A DNA stretch of 64,000 nt, from positions 124,001 through 188,000 of the forward strand of contig JASVEC010000019.1 of the NCBI GenBank assembly GCA_030770535.1, read 5' to 3'. The notes under the pieces are model-generated. The model had not been told where the DNA came from. It saw nothing but the letters and a program-made list of their open reading frames with translations, and searched no databases. The stretch comes from Batkoa obscura. Taxonomy: Eukaryota. The translations under genes and the position numbers were made by a program. Positions 12,191-26,277 of this stretch are shown piece by piece (the stretch's first letter is position 1; each line of letters begins with the position of its first letter).

Positions 12191-12511
12191 AAAAAATAAT
12201 AAAAATTAAAGTAAATTTTTGTTTACCAATTTTTGTTAATGAATCGTGATCATTAACATGACAACCAATCATACGCTTGAAATTATGGGATCTAATATTG
12301 ATGAGTTTTCAAATACTAAGAATGAACTATTCCAATGTAAAAACATCAAAATCAACAATAAAAGTCGCCAAATTTAGTAAATGAAATATATTTTTTGGTA
12401 ATCAATGACCAATAAAAATCCAACTTTAAAAGCAAGGATAATTCGAATACAAAATCAACAAAATTAAGGGAGGAATTAAAAAAAGAAATTATTTTATTTT
12501 AAAATAATAAA

Positions 12512-15436
12512 ATGTCCAACAACAATACCCCACAGGATATATTTACACCAAATACTCAGGATGAAACACCATCTGAGCCAGCCTCCACCACCCCTGCATT
12601 AGCTAGTTTAGTTAATAGAGGTACACCTATGCTGAACATTGGTACCCCAGAAATTAATCCAAGTACACCTATTATTAATCCATTTGCTTCTGCAAATAGC
12701 GCTCGTTTTACACCATTACCAAATTCGTCTCAAAGTAATTTTCAAAATCCAAGTCAAAGACGTAATAACTTTGCTCCAGGTAAATCACTCTATTTTTATT
12801 AAATTTTATAATTTTAATTTAGTTTTTTATTAGATATGTCATCACCTTTAGTTTATCCTAATACTCAAGGAAGTAATCAATCCCCATTTTTAGTAAATAC
12901 TCAAAGGTTTACAAGTACACCACGTGTCAATCCTGGTTCCTCTCAATTATTTAATGACTTTGACACTCCAAGAATGTAGATATTTTATATTTTATTAAAT
13001 AATCAAGTTATTAAGCTATTTTTTAATAGGTATCAACGAGGAGATGTTAATCCAGTTGGTTTAACTACTAGCTATGGTAGTTCTTCTGTACCTAATAATA
13101 ATTCTCCAATGACACCTTTAGATATTAATATCAATTTAAATAATGTACAAGGGCCAGTAGCACCAAGTGGAGATACTACACAAGTTATTTGGGGAACCAC
13201 AGTGAATGTTCATGATTGCATGAATCAATTTAGTCGCTTTTTAAATGAGTTTAAAAGAGAAGATTTTTTAAAATTGAATAATTTACCAGTATTAGAGGAA
13301 GATTTAAAACCATATTATATTGAACATATAAGTTCTATTGTTAATAATGACTTTTATAATTTAGATTTGGATTGTCAACATTTGTTAAGTTTTGAACCAA
13401 CAATTCGATTATATTCTCAATTAAAAAGTTACCCACAAGAAATTATTCCGTTAATGGATTATTGTTTAACTAATTTTTGTAATGAGTTATTAGAAAATAA
13501 TTATGTTCGTACAATTCAAAGACCATTAAGAGTACGTCCATTTAATCTAGGGAATAGTGTTAATATGAGAGAATTAAATCCAAAAGATATTGATCAATTA
13601 GTATCAATCAAAGGTTTATTAATTCGTGCATCAAGTATTATTCCTGATATTAAAAAGGCTTATTTTCAATGTAAGATATGTGATCGTTCTTTATTTGTTG
13701 AAATCACCTCAGGAATTATATTAGAACCAACTAAATGCCCCGAAGCAGCATGTCAAACTCCAAATTCAATGGTGATGATTCACAATCGTTGTATTTATGC
13801 TGATAAACAAATATCAAAATTACAAGAAACTCCAGATATTATACCGGATGGTCAAACTCCACATTCAGTTTCTTTATGTCTTTATGATGAGCTAGTAGAT
13901 TCTTGTAAACCTGGTGATCGTTTAGAAGTTACTGGTGTATTTAGATCCACTCCTGTTCGTGTTAATCCACGTAAACGTACCGTTAAAGCATTATTTAAAA
14001 CTTATATTGATGTAGTTCATATAAAAACCATTACTTATGCTACTAAAAATGAAGCATCAACTAACAATGGTACAAGAAATAATGCTAGAATTAGTGAACG
14101 TGAAGTTGCTGAATTCGAAGAATTGGCACGCTCAGAAGATGTTTATGAACGTTTAGCTAATTCAATTGCACCATCAATTTATGGTATGACTGATGTTAAA
14201 AAAGGTATATTACTTCAAATGTTTGGTGGGGAATCCAAATTATTTACTAATACCAATCAACGTCGTGCTAGAGGTGATATTCATATTTTATTAGTGGGTG
14301 ATCCAGGTACTTCTAAATCTCAAATGTTACAATATGCTCATAGAATTGCGCCAAGAGGTATGTATACTAGTGGTAAAGGTTCTTCAGCTGTGGGTCTTAC
14401 TGCTTACATAACACGTGACCCAGATACCAATCAATTAGTATTGGAATCTGGTGCCCTTGTTTTATCAGATGGTGGATTGTGTTGTATTGATGAGTTTGAT
14501 AAAATGAGCGATGGTACAAGATCTATTTTACATGAAGTTATGGAACAACAAACAGTATCTGTAGCTAAAGCAGGAATTATTACTACATTAAATGCTAGAA
14601 CTTCCATTTTAGCTAGTGCTAATCCAATTAATTCCAGTTGGTTAAGAGATTTATCTGTACCTCAAAATATTAATTTACCACCTTCTTTATTATCTAGGTT
14701 TGATTTAATTTATCTTATTTTAGATAAAGTCAATCCAGATGAAGATAGAAGACTTGCTCAACATTTAGTTTCTTTATATATTAATTCTAATGAGAGTCTT
14801 GTTGAAGGGAATTATTTACCAACTCATACACTTAGTCGATATGTACAATATGCTAAGAGTACAAGAACTGAAATAACTGATGAAGCATCTAATAAATTAG
14901 TTAAAAACTATGTGGAATTACGTAATCTAGGTAAAGAAAACTATAATCAAGAAACTCGAATTACAGCTACTACACGACAATTGGAATCTTTGATAAGATT
15001 ATCTGAAGCTCATGCTAAAATGAGATTAAGTCAATATGTAGAAGAAATGGATGTTGAAGAAGCATTTCGATTGTTAAGAGCAGCTATTCATTCTTCTGCA
15101 ACTAATCCTAAAACAGGTAAAATTGAATTAGATCAATTAGTAACAGGTATTTCTAGTGAAACTCGAGAAATTCGTAAACAAATTCAAAAAGCTATTGTCG
15201 AATTATTAGGTCAATCTGAGAACCCAGTTCAATATTCAAGTAACCAACTAATTACCATTTTAAAAAACAATGCAGCTGCTTCTGGTCTTGTTGTTACTAA
15301 AACCGATTTTGAAGAAGCTATTAATGAATTAGTTTCGAAAAATTTTGTTTTAAGTCAAGGTTCTCAAATGCGTGGAGGTCAACGTATGTTAACTCGTAAT
15401 TTTGATAGAGGGTTTATATTGGAAGAAGATGATTAA
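12512..15436 (+). CDS. MCM4: DNA replication licensing factor MCM4
   Basis: S/T-P-rich N-terminus, VIWGTTV, C4 zinc finger, Walker A GDPGTSKS, CCIDEFDKM, arginine finger SRFD. Two 5' introns. Confidence 0.98.
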
Positions 15437-15594
15437 ATCGTTTTATAAAATAAATAAAATATAAGCATATTTAGCAGAATATGAGTTTTTTGAAATTTAT
15501 TGAATTATTTATTTTTTTGAAATTTAATTTTGAATAACTCACTAAAAATAGAAAACTACTTTTTTCAAAAAAAATATCCAAAATAGTTTAAAAA

Positions 15595-16289
15595 ATGGAT
15601 AGCTTTAAATTGCCACAAACACCCGAAGAATTAGCGGATTTAGAGGTCGATAAAAATTGTGTATTCAAATCTGGAATGTCGGGAGTAATGGGTAAGTCTT
15701 AATTAACATTAATTTCACTTCTTCATACAATAAGTCAACAGCAACTTTTCATTTCAATCACCAATTTTTCAATAGTATAATCTCTAACATTCCCTTCCAC
15801 CCTAGGTTTTGGTTTTGGTGGCGTATTTGGACTTGTTATGTCCTCCTTAGACTTTGGTGGACCAAGTTTGGATCCTAGGTTACACGATTTAAATACACGT
15901 CAACAATTAAAAATTATGGGTAAGGATATGTTAAAAAGGTCTTGGTCAAATGCCAAAAATTTTGGTTTAGTTGGTATGGTATTTTCTGGTTCCGAATGTG
16001 TAATTGAAGGGGTATGTTAATAGATTTTTATTATCAGATAAGAGCTTTTTTAATAAAATACGATGATTTAGTATAGGGCTAGGTCCGATCTTTATAACTC
16101 GGCTTATGCTGGTTGCTTTACTGGTGGGGTATTGGCTTTAAGAGGTGAGTTTGAATGGATTGTTATTATTTTATCATAAAGTTTTAATGTTTTATAATTA
16201 TTTTAGCTGGTCCCTATGCAGCTATTCCAGGCTGTGCTGCCTTTGCTGCGTTTTCAGTAGCTATTGATTATTATATGAGAGATATTTAA
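15595..16289 (+). CDS. TIM22: Mitochondrial inner membrane translocase TIM22
   Basis: NCVFKSGMSGVMGFGFGGVFG, AKNFGLVGMVFSGSECVIEGYRARSD, GCAAFAAFSVAIDYYMR. Three introns. Confidence 0.95.
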
Positions 16290-16441
16290 ACAAAAGATAA
16301 CAATTAAATAAAACATAGAAATTTAAGACAATGCTTGATTTTAAAACTTGAAAATAAAAAAAATCACTTTATAAAATATTGATTAATTTTTTAATTCCAT
16401 ATAGAGTTCAAATCAAAAACTCACAAAAACAATAGAATTGT

Positions 16442-17030
16442 TTAAGCCAACCTTTGAATCACATGAACCCCTGAATCGGTAAATACAGGTTCTGAGATAT
16501 CATTAACTTGTAAATTAAAAGCGGCTTCTTCAAATGGTTTTTGCATTTGACCTCTTGAAAAGAAACCTAAATCACCTCCATTTCTGGCACTTGAACAATC
16601 TGAAAACTCTTTTGCAATAGCTTCAAATGTTTTTTCTCCAGATTTGATTTGCTGGATGTAACCCTCGATGATGTTTAAAGCTTCTTCTTTGGTGCGAGTA
16701 ATATTCTCCTAAGAAAATTCGTTAACTTTTTTTCAATGCTTTTTAATTTCTAAATACAAGGATTAAGGGACAAATAGACAAATGGTTACTTACTTCTCTC
16801 CAAGAAGATGGTCTTCTACTATCCTTGTGTTTAGCTAAGATATGTCGAGCTTGAACACGTGATTTGATTTCCGAAGTGATAATGCTACCTTCGGTGGGTG
16901 GCTCCCATTGACTTTGGCCTGTTTCTCGATTATAGTAGAATTTGACACCTTTTGATTTCGATACGTGTTCTTCCCACTATGGAAATAGTTCAATGAAAGT
17001 GGTCAAATTGAAGGAGTGATTGTTTACCAT
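16442..17030 (-). CDS. ESS1: Parvulin peptidyl-prolyl isomerase Pin1/Ess1 (WW + rotamase); not in the ORF track
   Basis: Spliced product [28 protein letters not shown]...[27 protein letters not shown]...[15 protein letters not shown]...[11 protein letters not shown]...[11 protein letters not shown]. Confidence 0.95.
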
Positions 17031-17214
17031 TTTATTTTAGCTTACTAGAAATTTAATAAAAATTTGATTAGGTTTAATGAACTTGAAAATTTTGATTGAA
17101 ATTGGTAACAATGACGCAAATTGGAGAAATTTTTGAGAATGTTAAGGATTAAATATGTGAAGAATAGGAGTTTGAAGTTTAGTTTTTTTTTTAAATAGTT
17201 AAAAATATATAAAA

Positions 17215-20200
17215 ATGGGTAAATTCCAAATAAAATACAAAAGGTTTAAATTAGACTAACTATTAATCTAACTAGTTCAACTCATACCAGATAAAATCAA
17301 AGAAAATGCTAATTTACAATTATCCTTATTAAACGGTGTGGAAGAGGGCAGTATTAATAATAAAATGGAGGCATTAAAAACAATCAAAAATGAAGTTATT
17401 GGAAATCGAACTAAAAAGAATTTATATGTACAAATTGGATTAATACCAAAGTAAATATATTATTGTTGTATATTAATTAAGAATGATTAAAGAGATTTAA
17501 TACTTTAATTAAATTAGAATTATTCAAATCATCTATACTAAAGAAGAAGAAAGCATGTCCGTGATTATTCAAGCGGTTATTGTTTTAGGTAGTTTAGCTT
17601 ATGGTAAGAGATAAGAATTTAACTGAAAGAAGAATTAAAAGAAGAATTAAAATAAAATCTATTTAATTTTAGGCTCCCCTGAAATAGTAAATGAATTAGT
17701 CCAACATAAAGCCATAGCCTCATTAGTAGGGTGTATTGACTTAAATAAATATCCTTTAGAGTTAATCGAAGCAGCATCAAGGTCTTTAAAAGCATTATTA
17801 CAACATTCTAAAGTAGATAGCGGCTTGATTTATAAGGTAAATAATTAGTAAAATAGAACAAAAAAAAGAATTTAAAAAAAATCATTTTCTATTTTTTTAG
17901 GATCCAAACTTGAAAAATATAATATCATTATTAGAAATCAATGATTTAGATATTGATATTGAAAAAAAGCAAATACCTACTTTACATACAGCCGAATTAG
18001 CCGCTTTAATTTTAGCTAAAAGTTGTGATACTAATGATCGACAAAATCAACTAAAATCAAGAGATGTGATCCCATTATTGATTAATTTATTACAATCTAA
18101 TTCTACTAAAGTAAGAATTAAAATCAATAAGATTTAAATTAGATAAAAACTGACAGAACTGATTTTTTATAGGCTAAAGAGGCCGCTTTGTTAGCTTTAT
18201 CAGCTTTATGTAAAAAAAATATTGATGTAGGGAGATGGGCTTTGACTATTCAATGTAAACCCAATATATTTATTAACATAAATTCGTAATCTTTTTTATT
18301 TAAAATTAGCTACTGGACCTGTTCCAACTGTCGATTTATTACTTAGTTTTGTACGTTCAATGAGTCCATCAATTCAACTAGCAGCTGCTTCTTGGTAAAT
18401 TATTATTGTTATTTACTACCTAATTATTAAAATTTAATTTTTTATTATTATTAAGTTTAACCAATTTACTACGATCTAAAGCATTGGAAGATAAAAATAG
18501 CGAAGTAGCTTTGATTTTAATTCCAACCTTAGTCAAACTCCTTGAAGCCAATGGAAGCGTAAAAATAGAAGCCCCATTAATATTATCTGAATTAGTAGCG
18601 GAAGATGAAAAATTACAAAAAACAGCGTGTGATTTAGATGCTATTACCAAATTATCAGAAGCCATTTCTAAGTTATCGGAATACAAACAGAACATTAATA
18701 ATTTTTTTTATTATCAGCCAAAAGATAAGGATTTGTTCGAAGAAAATTCATTGATTGCTTTAGCTTCTATTGGTTCCTTAACAGAAGAATGTAGGGAGGC
18801 AGTAAAATTCTTTTAATATTTAAAATTGAGATTTATTTATATGTCTTTTTATTATTATTAAATTAAGATAATTGAAGCCAAATGTATGCCACGAATTATT
18901 GATGCTATATCTCATCCAAAAACAGGAGTTAGAGCAGCAGCTTGTCAATGTGTAAGGTCATTATCAAGATCGGTTAGATACTTAAGAACGGAATTAATGG
19001 ATGCTGGCTTATTTAAACCTTTGTTTAAGGTGAGTTTTTATATTATTATTGTTATTATTGTTTAAAATGAACAATAAAATTAATATAATATTTTTATTTA
19101 ATTATGAATTTTTAGTTATTAGATGATGAAGATATAACTGTCAAAAGTGTAGCTGTGTCTACTTTGTGTAATGTAGTATTAAAATTTTCACCAATGAAAA
19201 CAGTAAGAGTTAATTAATAGCAATGGAACTAACAGATATTAAATGTTTTATTTTTTATTTATTTTATCATTAGGATATTGTACAAAATGGAGGTATTGAA
19301 AAATTGGTAGCATTAGTTGATGCATCAGATAAAGAATTAAGTTTGAATGCTATATGGGCATTAAAAAATTTAATCTTTAAATCAGATCCCTCAGTAAAAA
19401 GAAGTTTAATGTCAATTTTAGCTTATTCTAGGTTGGAAGAGTGAGTATTAATTGTATATTAAAAATAGACTATGTATTAATGAAATTTTTTTTTCATTTA
19501 GGTTTATTCTTAATGGATTGCCTGATGTACAAGAGCAGACATTAGGATTAGTCAGAAACCTATCATGTGGAGAGGAACCAGTAAGTTGAAATATTATAAA
19601 AAAGAATAGAATAAAAATAATTTTGATTTTTTTTAGGATCTTGATGAGTTGATTAATGGAATGGGTAGTAAAAGATTAGTTTCTTTATTAGAAAAGAAAT
19701 TAGAATCTAATTTTACTAATATTAAAATACAAGTAATTTAATTAATTTAATTATTCATATTTTTTTAAAATAATATACTAATATTATATTTTTATTTATT
19801 CATTAGACAATGTTTTGTGTAGTTAATATATCTACTGGAAATAAAGAACATAAATCTTTTATTATGAATTCAGGTAGTATTTTAACTAGTGTTAGAAGTG
19901 CTTTGGTAAGATTTATTAATTTGATACTATTAAATTAATATTAATCTTTATTTTAGAATCATGCTAATCAACAAGTAAGAGTAGCTGCAATTTGGGTAGT
20001 AATAAATTTGAGTTGGATTGACGATAATCAAGAAGGTAGATTAATAATAATATATAATACAAAATCTTATTGGTTTTTTATTTTTCATTAAATATAGAAT
20101 GTTTTCAAAGAATACGAAAATTAAAAGCAATGGGATTTGAAAGATTATTAGAAAATTTAGCTAAAGATAATAGCTTAGATGTTAAAGATAGAGCAAGAAC

Positions 20201-20438
20201 AGCATTAAGTCATTTTAAAGCAGAGGCTCAACATGCCTTTGGTAACCGTAATATTGGATTTGAAAATCAAAGAAGATCGATTATTAGAGATCAACACAAT
20301 CGAGACAATTTTTTAGATGATGAAGGTAAAATAATAATAATAATAATAATACATACATACTATAAAATTTAAGTTTAATGATAACGTAATTATGATATAT
20401 TAATAATATTATTTATTTTAGGACCTTTTGATCGATAA
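17215..20438 (+). CDS. ARMC8: Armadillo-repeat protein ARMC8/Gid5(Vid28), GID/CTLH E3 ligase subunit (many exons)
   Basis: ALKTIKNEVIGNRTKK, VRAAACQCVRSLSRSVRYLRT, LCNVVLKFSPMK, LNAIWALKNL, VQEQTLGLVRNL. Confidence 0.88.
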
Positions 20439-20546
20439 ATTTTTATTTTATCTTATTTTATTTTATTTCAGGATTCTCAATTCCTTTTTTTATTATTAAA
20501 TTAAAACAATTTTATTTTTGTAATTCTATTAATTTTAATTTTAATT

Positions 20547-22592
20547 TTAATTTTTTATCATTATTGAACCTAAACATTGTTGATCAACGGAATATAAAAC
20601 TAAATACTAAAATAAAAAATTAATTTTAATTTTAATAAATATATTCAATAATAGAATAATAACTAACAAAAACTTACTTGTCCAGCTACAATACCACGCT
20701 GAGTATTTAAAAAATAAATTTTATAATTGTTTTTAATTGAATTATAATATAAATAACATTTTTGTAATTTCATTGTGGATCTTAATTTAAAATAATAAAG
20801 TTGATATTTGTTAACTAAAATATGATAAAATTTTGAGTTAGTTTTGAATTAATGAGGTAAATAGATTATAAAATTAAAGATAATTTACTTTTTAATTCCT
20901 CTGGTATTTCTTCTAATATCCAATCAATTGAAGGAAGTATTAACTCAGATTGATACAATTTAGGATGGTTTCTAATAAATATAGATTAAATAGGTTAAAT
21001 CGTTTTTAATCAAAATATACAATTTACCTATCTGGAGCTACAATTAATAAATTATTTTCAATATCTTTAGAAATTATATAATACCTAATATGAAAAATAT
21101 TATTAATATTATAATGAAATTATTAGAGTTATTTTAAATTAACAATTATTACTTTTTAGATTTGAAACTTAATCTTAATCGTTGTCCGATTGTATAACTC
21201 CATATACCATCATGATAATCTAAGATAATAGTATTATTGTTGCTAATAAGTAATTCTCTTATTATTTTAATTAAGTTACCAATAAATTCATTTTCAGTAG
21301 TTATAATTTTACCAGGATTATTAGAAATATAACTATCTAATAACAAATAATAAATTCGATTTATTCTATTATTATATTATATTATATTGCAATATCATTT
21401 TTGTTTCTATTAATACATATTAACTTACTTAAAAATTCATTAAATTTTTTCTTTTTACCAATAAAACAAATGCCCATAGACTCGGCTTGTTCTGAAATAC
21501 TTGTCAATCCTATTTTTTTAGCTATTTGTTTGACTTCTGTTTTATAATAGCAGCCCAAAGGGAAGAGAACCTATAAGAGATTATTAATATATTCTATTAG
21601 TTATACAAATATGATTTTATCATTATTTACATTTTTAAATTGATATTGTTTTAAGTTAGATAAATAGTATGTTTGATCTTTTACTGGATCAATTGCTAAT
21701 ATAATAATTAAATTAGTATTGACAGAGAATAATATTGAATAGTTAATTTTATATTTACCTTGAAATAACTGATATTTATTATTACTTTGATTATACTTTA
21801 GTTGAGCGTAATGACCTTAATAATAATAAAACGAATTAACATAATTAAATAAGACTCATAATTAAAAAGATTAATTTACCAGTAGCTAACCAAATATTAT
21901 TATGTTGCTGAATATTCAATCTTTGAATTAAACTATCAAATTTAATAAAATTATTACAAATTATATCTGGGTTAGGAGTTAATCCTATTGAATATTCAAA
22001 GATCATTTTTTCAAACACAAAATTCCAATAATCTTTAATAAAATTTAACTAAAAAAATAAAAAGATTAACATCCTGTTATAAATAACAATATTCATTTAA
22101 TAATAATAGGTTTAATACGGGAGAATGTAATAAATAAGTTATTTAGAAATAAATAAAAATAATATATATAAAAGCTTACTCTTTTACAAGGAATCTTTAA
22201 ATAATTGGCTATATTTTGTACTTTTTCCCATTCTTTTTCACAACTTGAATCCAAACTTCCTTCTTCCTTAACATCCCAATTTTGCATATAGATTCCTTGA
22301 ACATTTAAACCCTAAATTGATTGTTATTCTGTTTTCTTAAATAAAACAAAACTATCATCGACTTACTTTCTCTTTTAATAAATAAGCTGTAACAGTCGAG
22401 TCCACTCCACCAGACATAGCTACATAAACTGTACAAGTCGAGTTTAGTTGATATTATAATTGTGGAATTGATTTTAATAACAATGTTAAACTTACCCAGA
22501 TCCTTTTCTTTATTAACATGATTTGTACTAACTGTTGTCCATTTTCTAATAATATTTAAACTAATATTTAATCTATCGATATTAAATTTCAT
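20547..22592 (-). CDS. SLM3: Mitochondrial tRNA 2-thiouridylase MnmA/TRMU/Slm3 (many exons)
   Basis: Spliced VYVAMSGGVDS, MQNWD, TPNPDIICNNFIKFD, ATGHYA, KDQTYYL, ESMGICFIGK, HDGIWSYTIGQR, GIVAGQ, QCLGS. Confidence 0.92.
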
Positions 22593-22778
22593 ATTCTATA
22601 ATTTTATAGTTTTATAATTCTAAACTGTAAATAAATAAACCAAAAAACTCTTAAAAAAAGCTTCAAAAAATGGACGATTTTTATTCATTTATTATATTCA
22701 TAAAACCTAGGAACCAATAATATTGAATTTTGTTTGAATCTTTTTTTAAAAAAGTCATCCGAGAATCTTAATTTCTAA

Positions 22779-23976
22779 TTAATTCCTACGATAATACCTA
22801 TTATCTCTTGCTAAATTTCTTGCATTATACGGTTCCCTGGGAGCGGAATATTTCCTATACGGTGCTTGTTGATTACCGATATAACCTCTATTTTCCATAT
22901 TATACCCTCTATTTTCATAAAATCGTCCATTGTTTCTTCTCACATCACTTATTCTTCTAGTTTCTTCACTTTTAACAGGATTAAGAGGCTGTGGAGGAAG
23001 GATAGCAATCGACAAATAATCTCCAATAAAAAATTTTAATTCAGCTAATGTTTTATCATCAGCAATCGATCTTCTACCATATATAACTGCACCCGCATCT
23101 TTCGCTGAATATTTTCGTAAATTACTATCATAATATACAATCTTGAAGGAAACCACATTATCTTTTTGAATTTCTTGTTGATAAACGTGTTTTAATAAAA
23201 GACTAAGTTCACCAAGGCTAGTATTTTTCCTATAAGAAAAGAATTAAAGTTAACTGATTGATAGTGGGAACAGAATGCTTTTGACTTACCATGCATGCAA
23301 ACGTATTTCTTCTTCTAAAGGCAATAAATCATCTCCAAACTCTAGTAAACTAAATTAAAACATTAATTTTAATTGTTCTACTTTACTATTCCAATTTTAT
23401 AACTTACCTATGATGAGAACCTTCTCTACAAAATAAACGTAACAGAAAGGGACATATCTAAAATAATTAGTTGATTACAATTATTTTTAAATATAACTTG
23501 AAATCAATTTCACTTACTTTATTTCTAGTTTCATTTAACCGTTTGTATTTTTCTAAGTGTTGCGTACTACCCTGTTGATTTTCCAATCTCTCATTGTCAT
23601 GTTCTTGCTTAATGTTCTCCGATCCTTGATGAAATTGAGGGTGTTGAATATTTTCAGTTACATTATTATTCTCTTCACCCATGTTTTCAGTTTTACTATG
23701 GCTTTGAGTATCGTTGTTATCTTTGATGGGGCTTTTGCTTCCATCCCTTATATTTTCATTCAAATTATTACTTTCACTATGAGCATCAACTTCATTATTA
23801 CTTTGGGATTCGATTGGATTTTCAACAATTTCTTTATGTTCTTCATTTTTAGTTTCAATTTCAGTTTCATTATGAGATTGGCTTTGTTCATTATTTTCGA
23901 TAATAATACTATTCTTTTCCATTATATTTTGATTACTATTATTAACTTCTTGATGTTCCATATTATTAGCTTGCAT
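22779..23976 (-). CDS. SAP18: Sin3-associated polypeptide SAP18 with a long acidic N-terminal extension
   Basis: Spliced CPFLLRLFCREGSHH, AWKNTSLGELSLLL, DDKTLAELKFFIGDYLSIAI, plus an R/Y-rich tail. Confidence 0.85.
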
Positions 23977-24168
23977 TCTCTTAGTATTTAAAAAAAGAAT
24001 AGAATCAAATAAAAAAGTCTAAGGAATGCTTAAAATTCAAAACTATTTTAATTTGCATATTAGATCGATTCTAATTGGTTCAAATAGAACGAAATGAATT
24101 GAAATCTTTTATGTTTTTATAAACGTTTAATTTTTTAATTTTTTTTAATATTTCAATTTTCATAAAAA

Positions 24169-26065
24169 ATGTCCATAATTTCTTGTCAACGATGTCAGAA
24201 CATCGTCAAATCGCATGAGAGTTTATTGGATATTAATGCTAGTACTTATGATTTGATGAATAGTAAATGATCTATTTATTCTCATTTCTATATACACTTA
24301 TACTAATTCTTTTTCCTTATTACTAATTCAGGCATCATCCAAAGCAAACCTATTGATAATAACAAAAATTATCATGAATTGCTCACCAGCCAACCAAGAT
24401 TAGGAAGTATTGATAAAGAAGAGTTTAAGCGAAAAATACATTTATCCATACCAACAATCCCGGAAAATAGTATAATAAATAACAATAGTAATAATATAAC
24501 TGATGGAAACAGTAGTAATAATAATACAAATGAAAACCAATTAAATTCAACAATCGGAGGAAATGGCAATTTTGAATTAAACTCAACGGGATCGTTTATA
24601 ATCTTAGGAAAATCTCAGTTAACACAATCAATATTAAATCCATATTTAATTGATAGTGAAGAAGATAATAAACAAGAGCAGTCAAACTCAAACTCGCAAT
24701 CAAATAGTCAAAACAATTTTAATTTTAGCACACTTTTAACAATACAAAGTCAATTATTTGATAAAATTAATGAAAGTTCTGATTTTAATCATCCTTTATG
24801 TGAAGAGTGTTATGATGTTTTAATTAAAGGTTTATTGAGGAAAAAAAATGAAGCGATTAGGGAAAAATTGAAATATAAGGAATATTCTACTTTGATGATG
24901 AGACCAAATAATAATTGGAATAATAATGAAGATGGGGTAAATGTTAATGATGCTAATCAATTGGAAAATGAAATTGAAAAGGTAAAGAATTTATGTATTG
25001 GTCTATTATGAGGGAGAATGTTAATGAAATTTGATTTTTTAGTTGAAGATAAAAGAAAGCTCAACTATAGATTCATTAAAGGAATTAGAAAAACAGTTAG
25101 AAAGTTTAAAGTTAAGCATTAAGGAATTGGAAGAAGAAGATAATTATTTAAAAATTGAAGAAGAAAAGTAAGTTTTATCAACCATGTATTAATATTATTA
25201 TATTTATCATTTATTGTTATATCAGCTATTGGAATGAATTTAACAATTATGAATTACAATTAAATCAATTTGAAATTAACTGTTTGACTATAAATTCCAA
25301 ATATCAGTTTGATTTAAAACAATTAGAAATATTGCATAATACTTCTATATTTAATGATTTATTTCATATATCCCAATTTGATGGGATCGGTACAATTAAT
25401 GGTTTAAGATTAGGTAGATTACCTCCAGAACATAACGTAAGTTTATATTAATCGTATTGTAATAACACAATAGTAATACTAATTTTGATTAGACCGAATG
25501 GAATGAAATTAACGCCGCTTGGGGACAAACGGTATTAGCTTTACATGTTGCTGCTAATAAATTAAATTTTAATTTTAAAAAGTAAGAATAGTAACGATAA
25601 TAACTTTAAATTATCAATAACTTAATTTAGATATACCCCCTACCCAAATGGTTCTTTTTCAAAGATCTTAAAAGAAAATCAAGATGGTACTAAAGAATAC
25701 TATGAATTATTTTTACCACCTGAATCTACATTTTCAAGGATTTTATTATTAAGAAGATATGATTATGCTATGGCGGGTTATCTTTTTTGTTTAGAACAAA
25801 TTCATTTATATATACAAACTTTGGATCCTAAGTTTAAATTACCTTATAAGTAAGTATTATTTTTTGATTTATAATATAGTTTCTTATTATTAATGTGCTT
25901 GTATTTTGATTTAGAATTGATAATGATCGAATTAATAATTTACCCATTCATTTCCAATTTCATAATTTAGCTCAATGGTCGAAAGCTTTAAGATACACTT
26001 TAAGGAATACAAAATCTATATTGTATTTTTTGACATCGCATGTTAATGCGAGTAATTTGAAATGA
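24169..26065 (+). CDS. ATG6: Beclin-1/Atg6/Vps30
   Basis: N-terminal CQRC, HPLCEEC, coiled coil, [31 protein letters not shown]. Confidence 0.94.
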
Positions 26066-26277
26066 AAGATATTTGGTTTGCTAGTTTTTTTAAGAAGAAA
26101 AAATTTAGCACGTCATTTTTCCAAGGGATGACACCTTGATCACGTGGTTCGTTGGATTATTAGGCAGGAAATTTGTAAATAAAGTATTTATATTCTAATA
26201 AAATAAATTATTTTAAATTATTTTATTTAAGGTTTTAATTAATAAAGAATATTAAAAGTATTATAATATAATAATAA

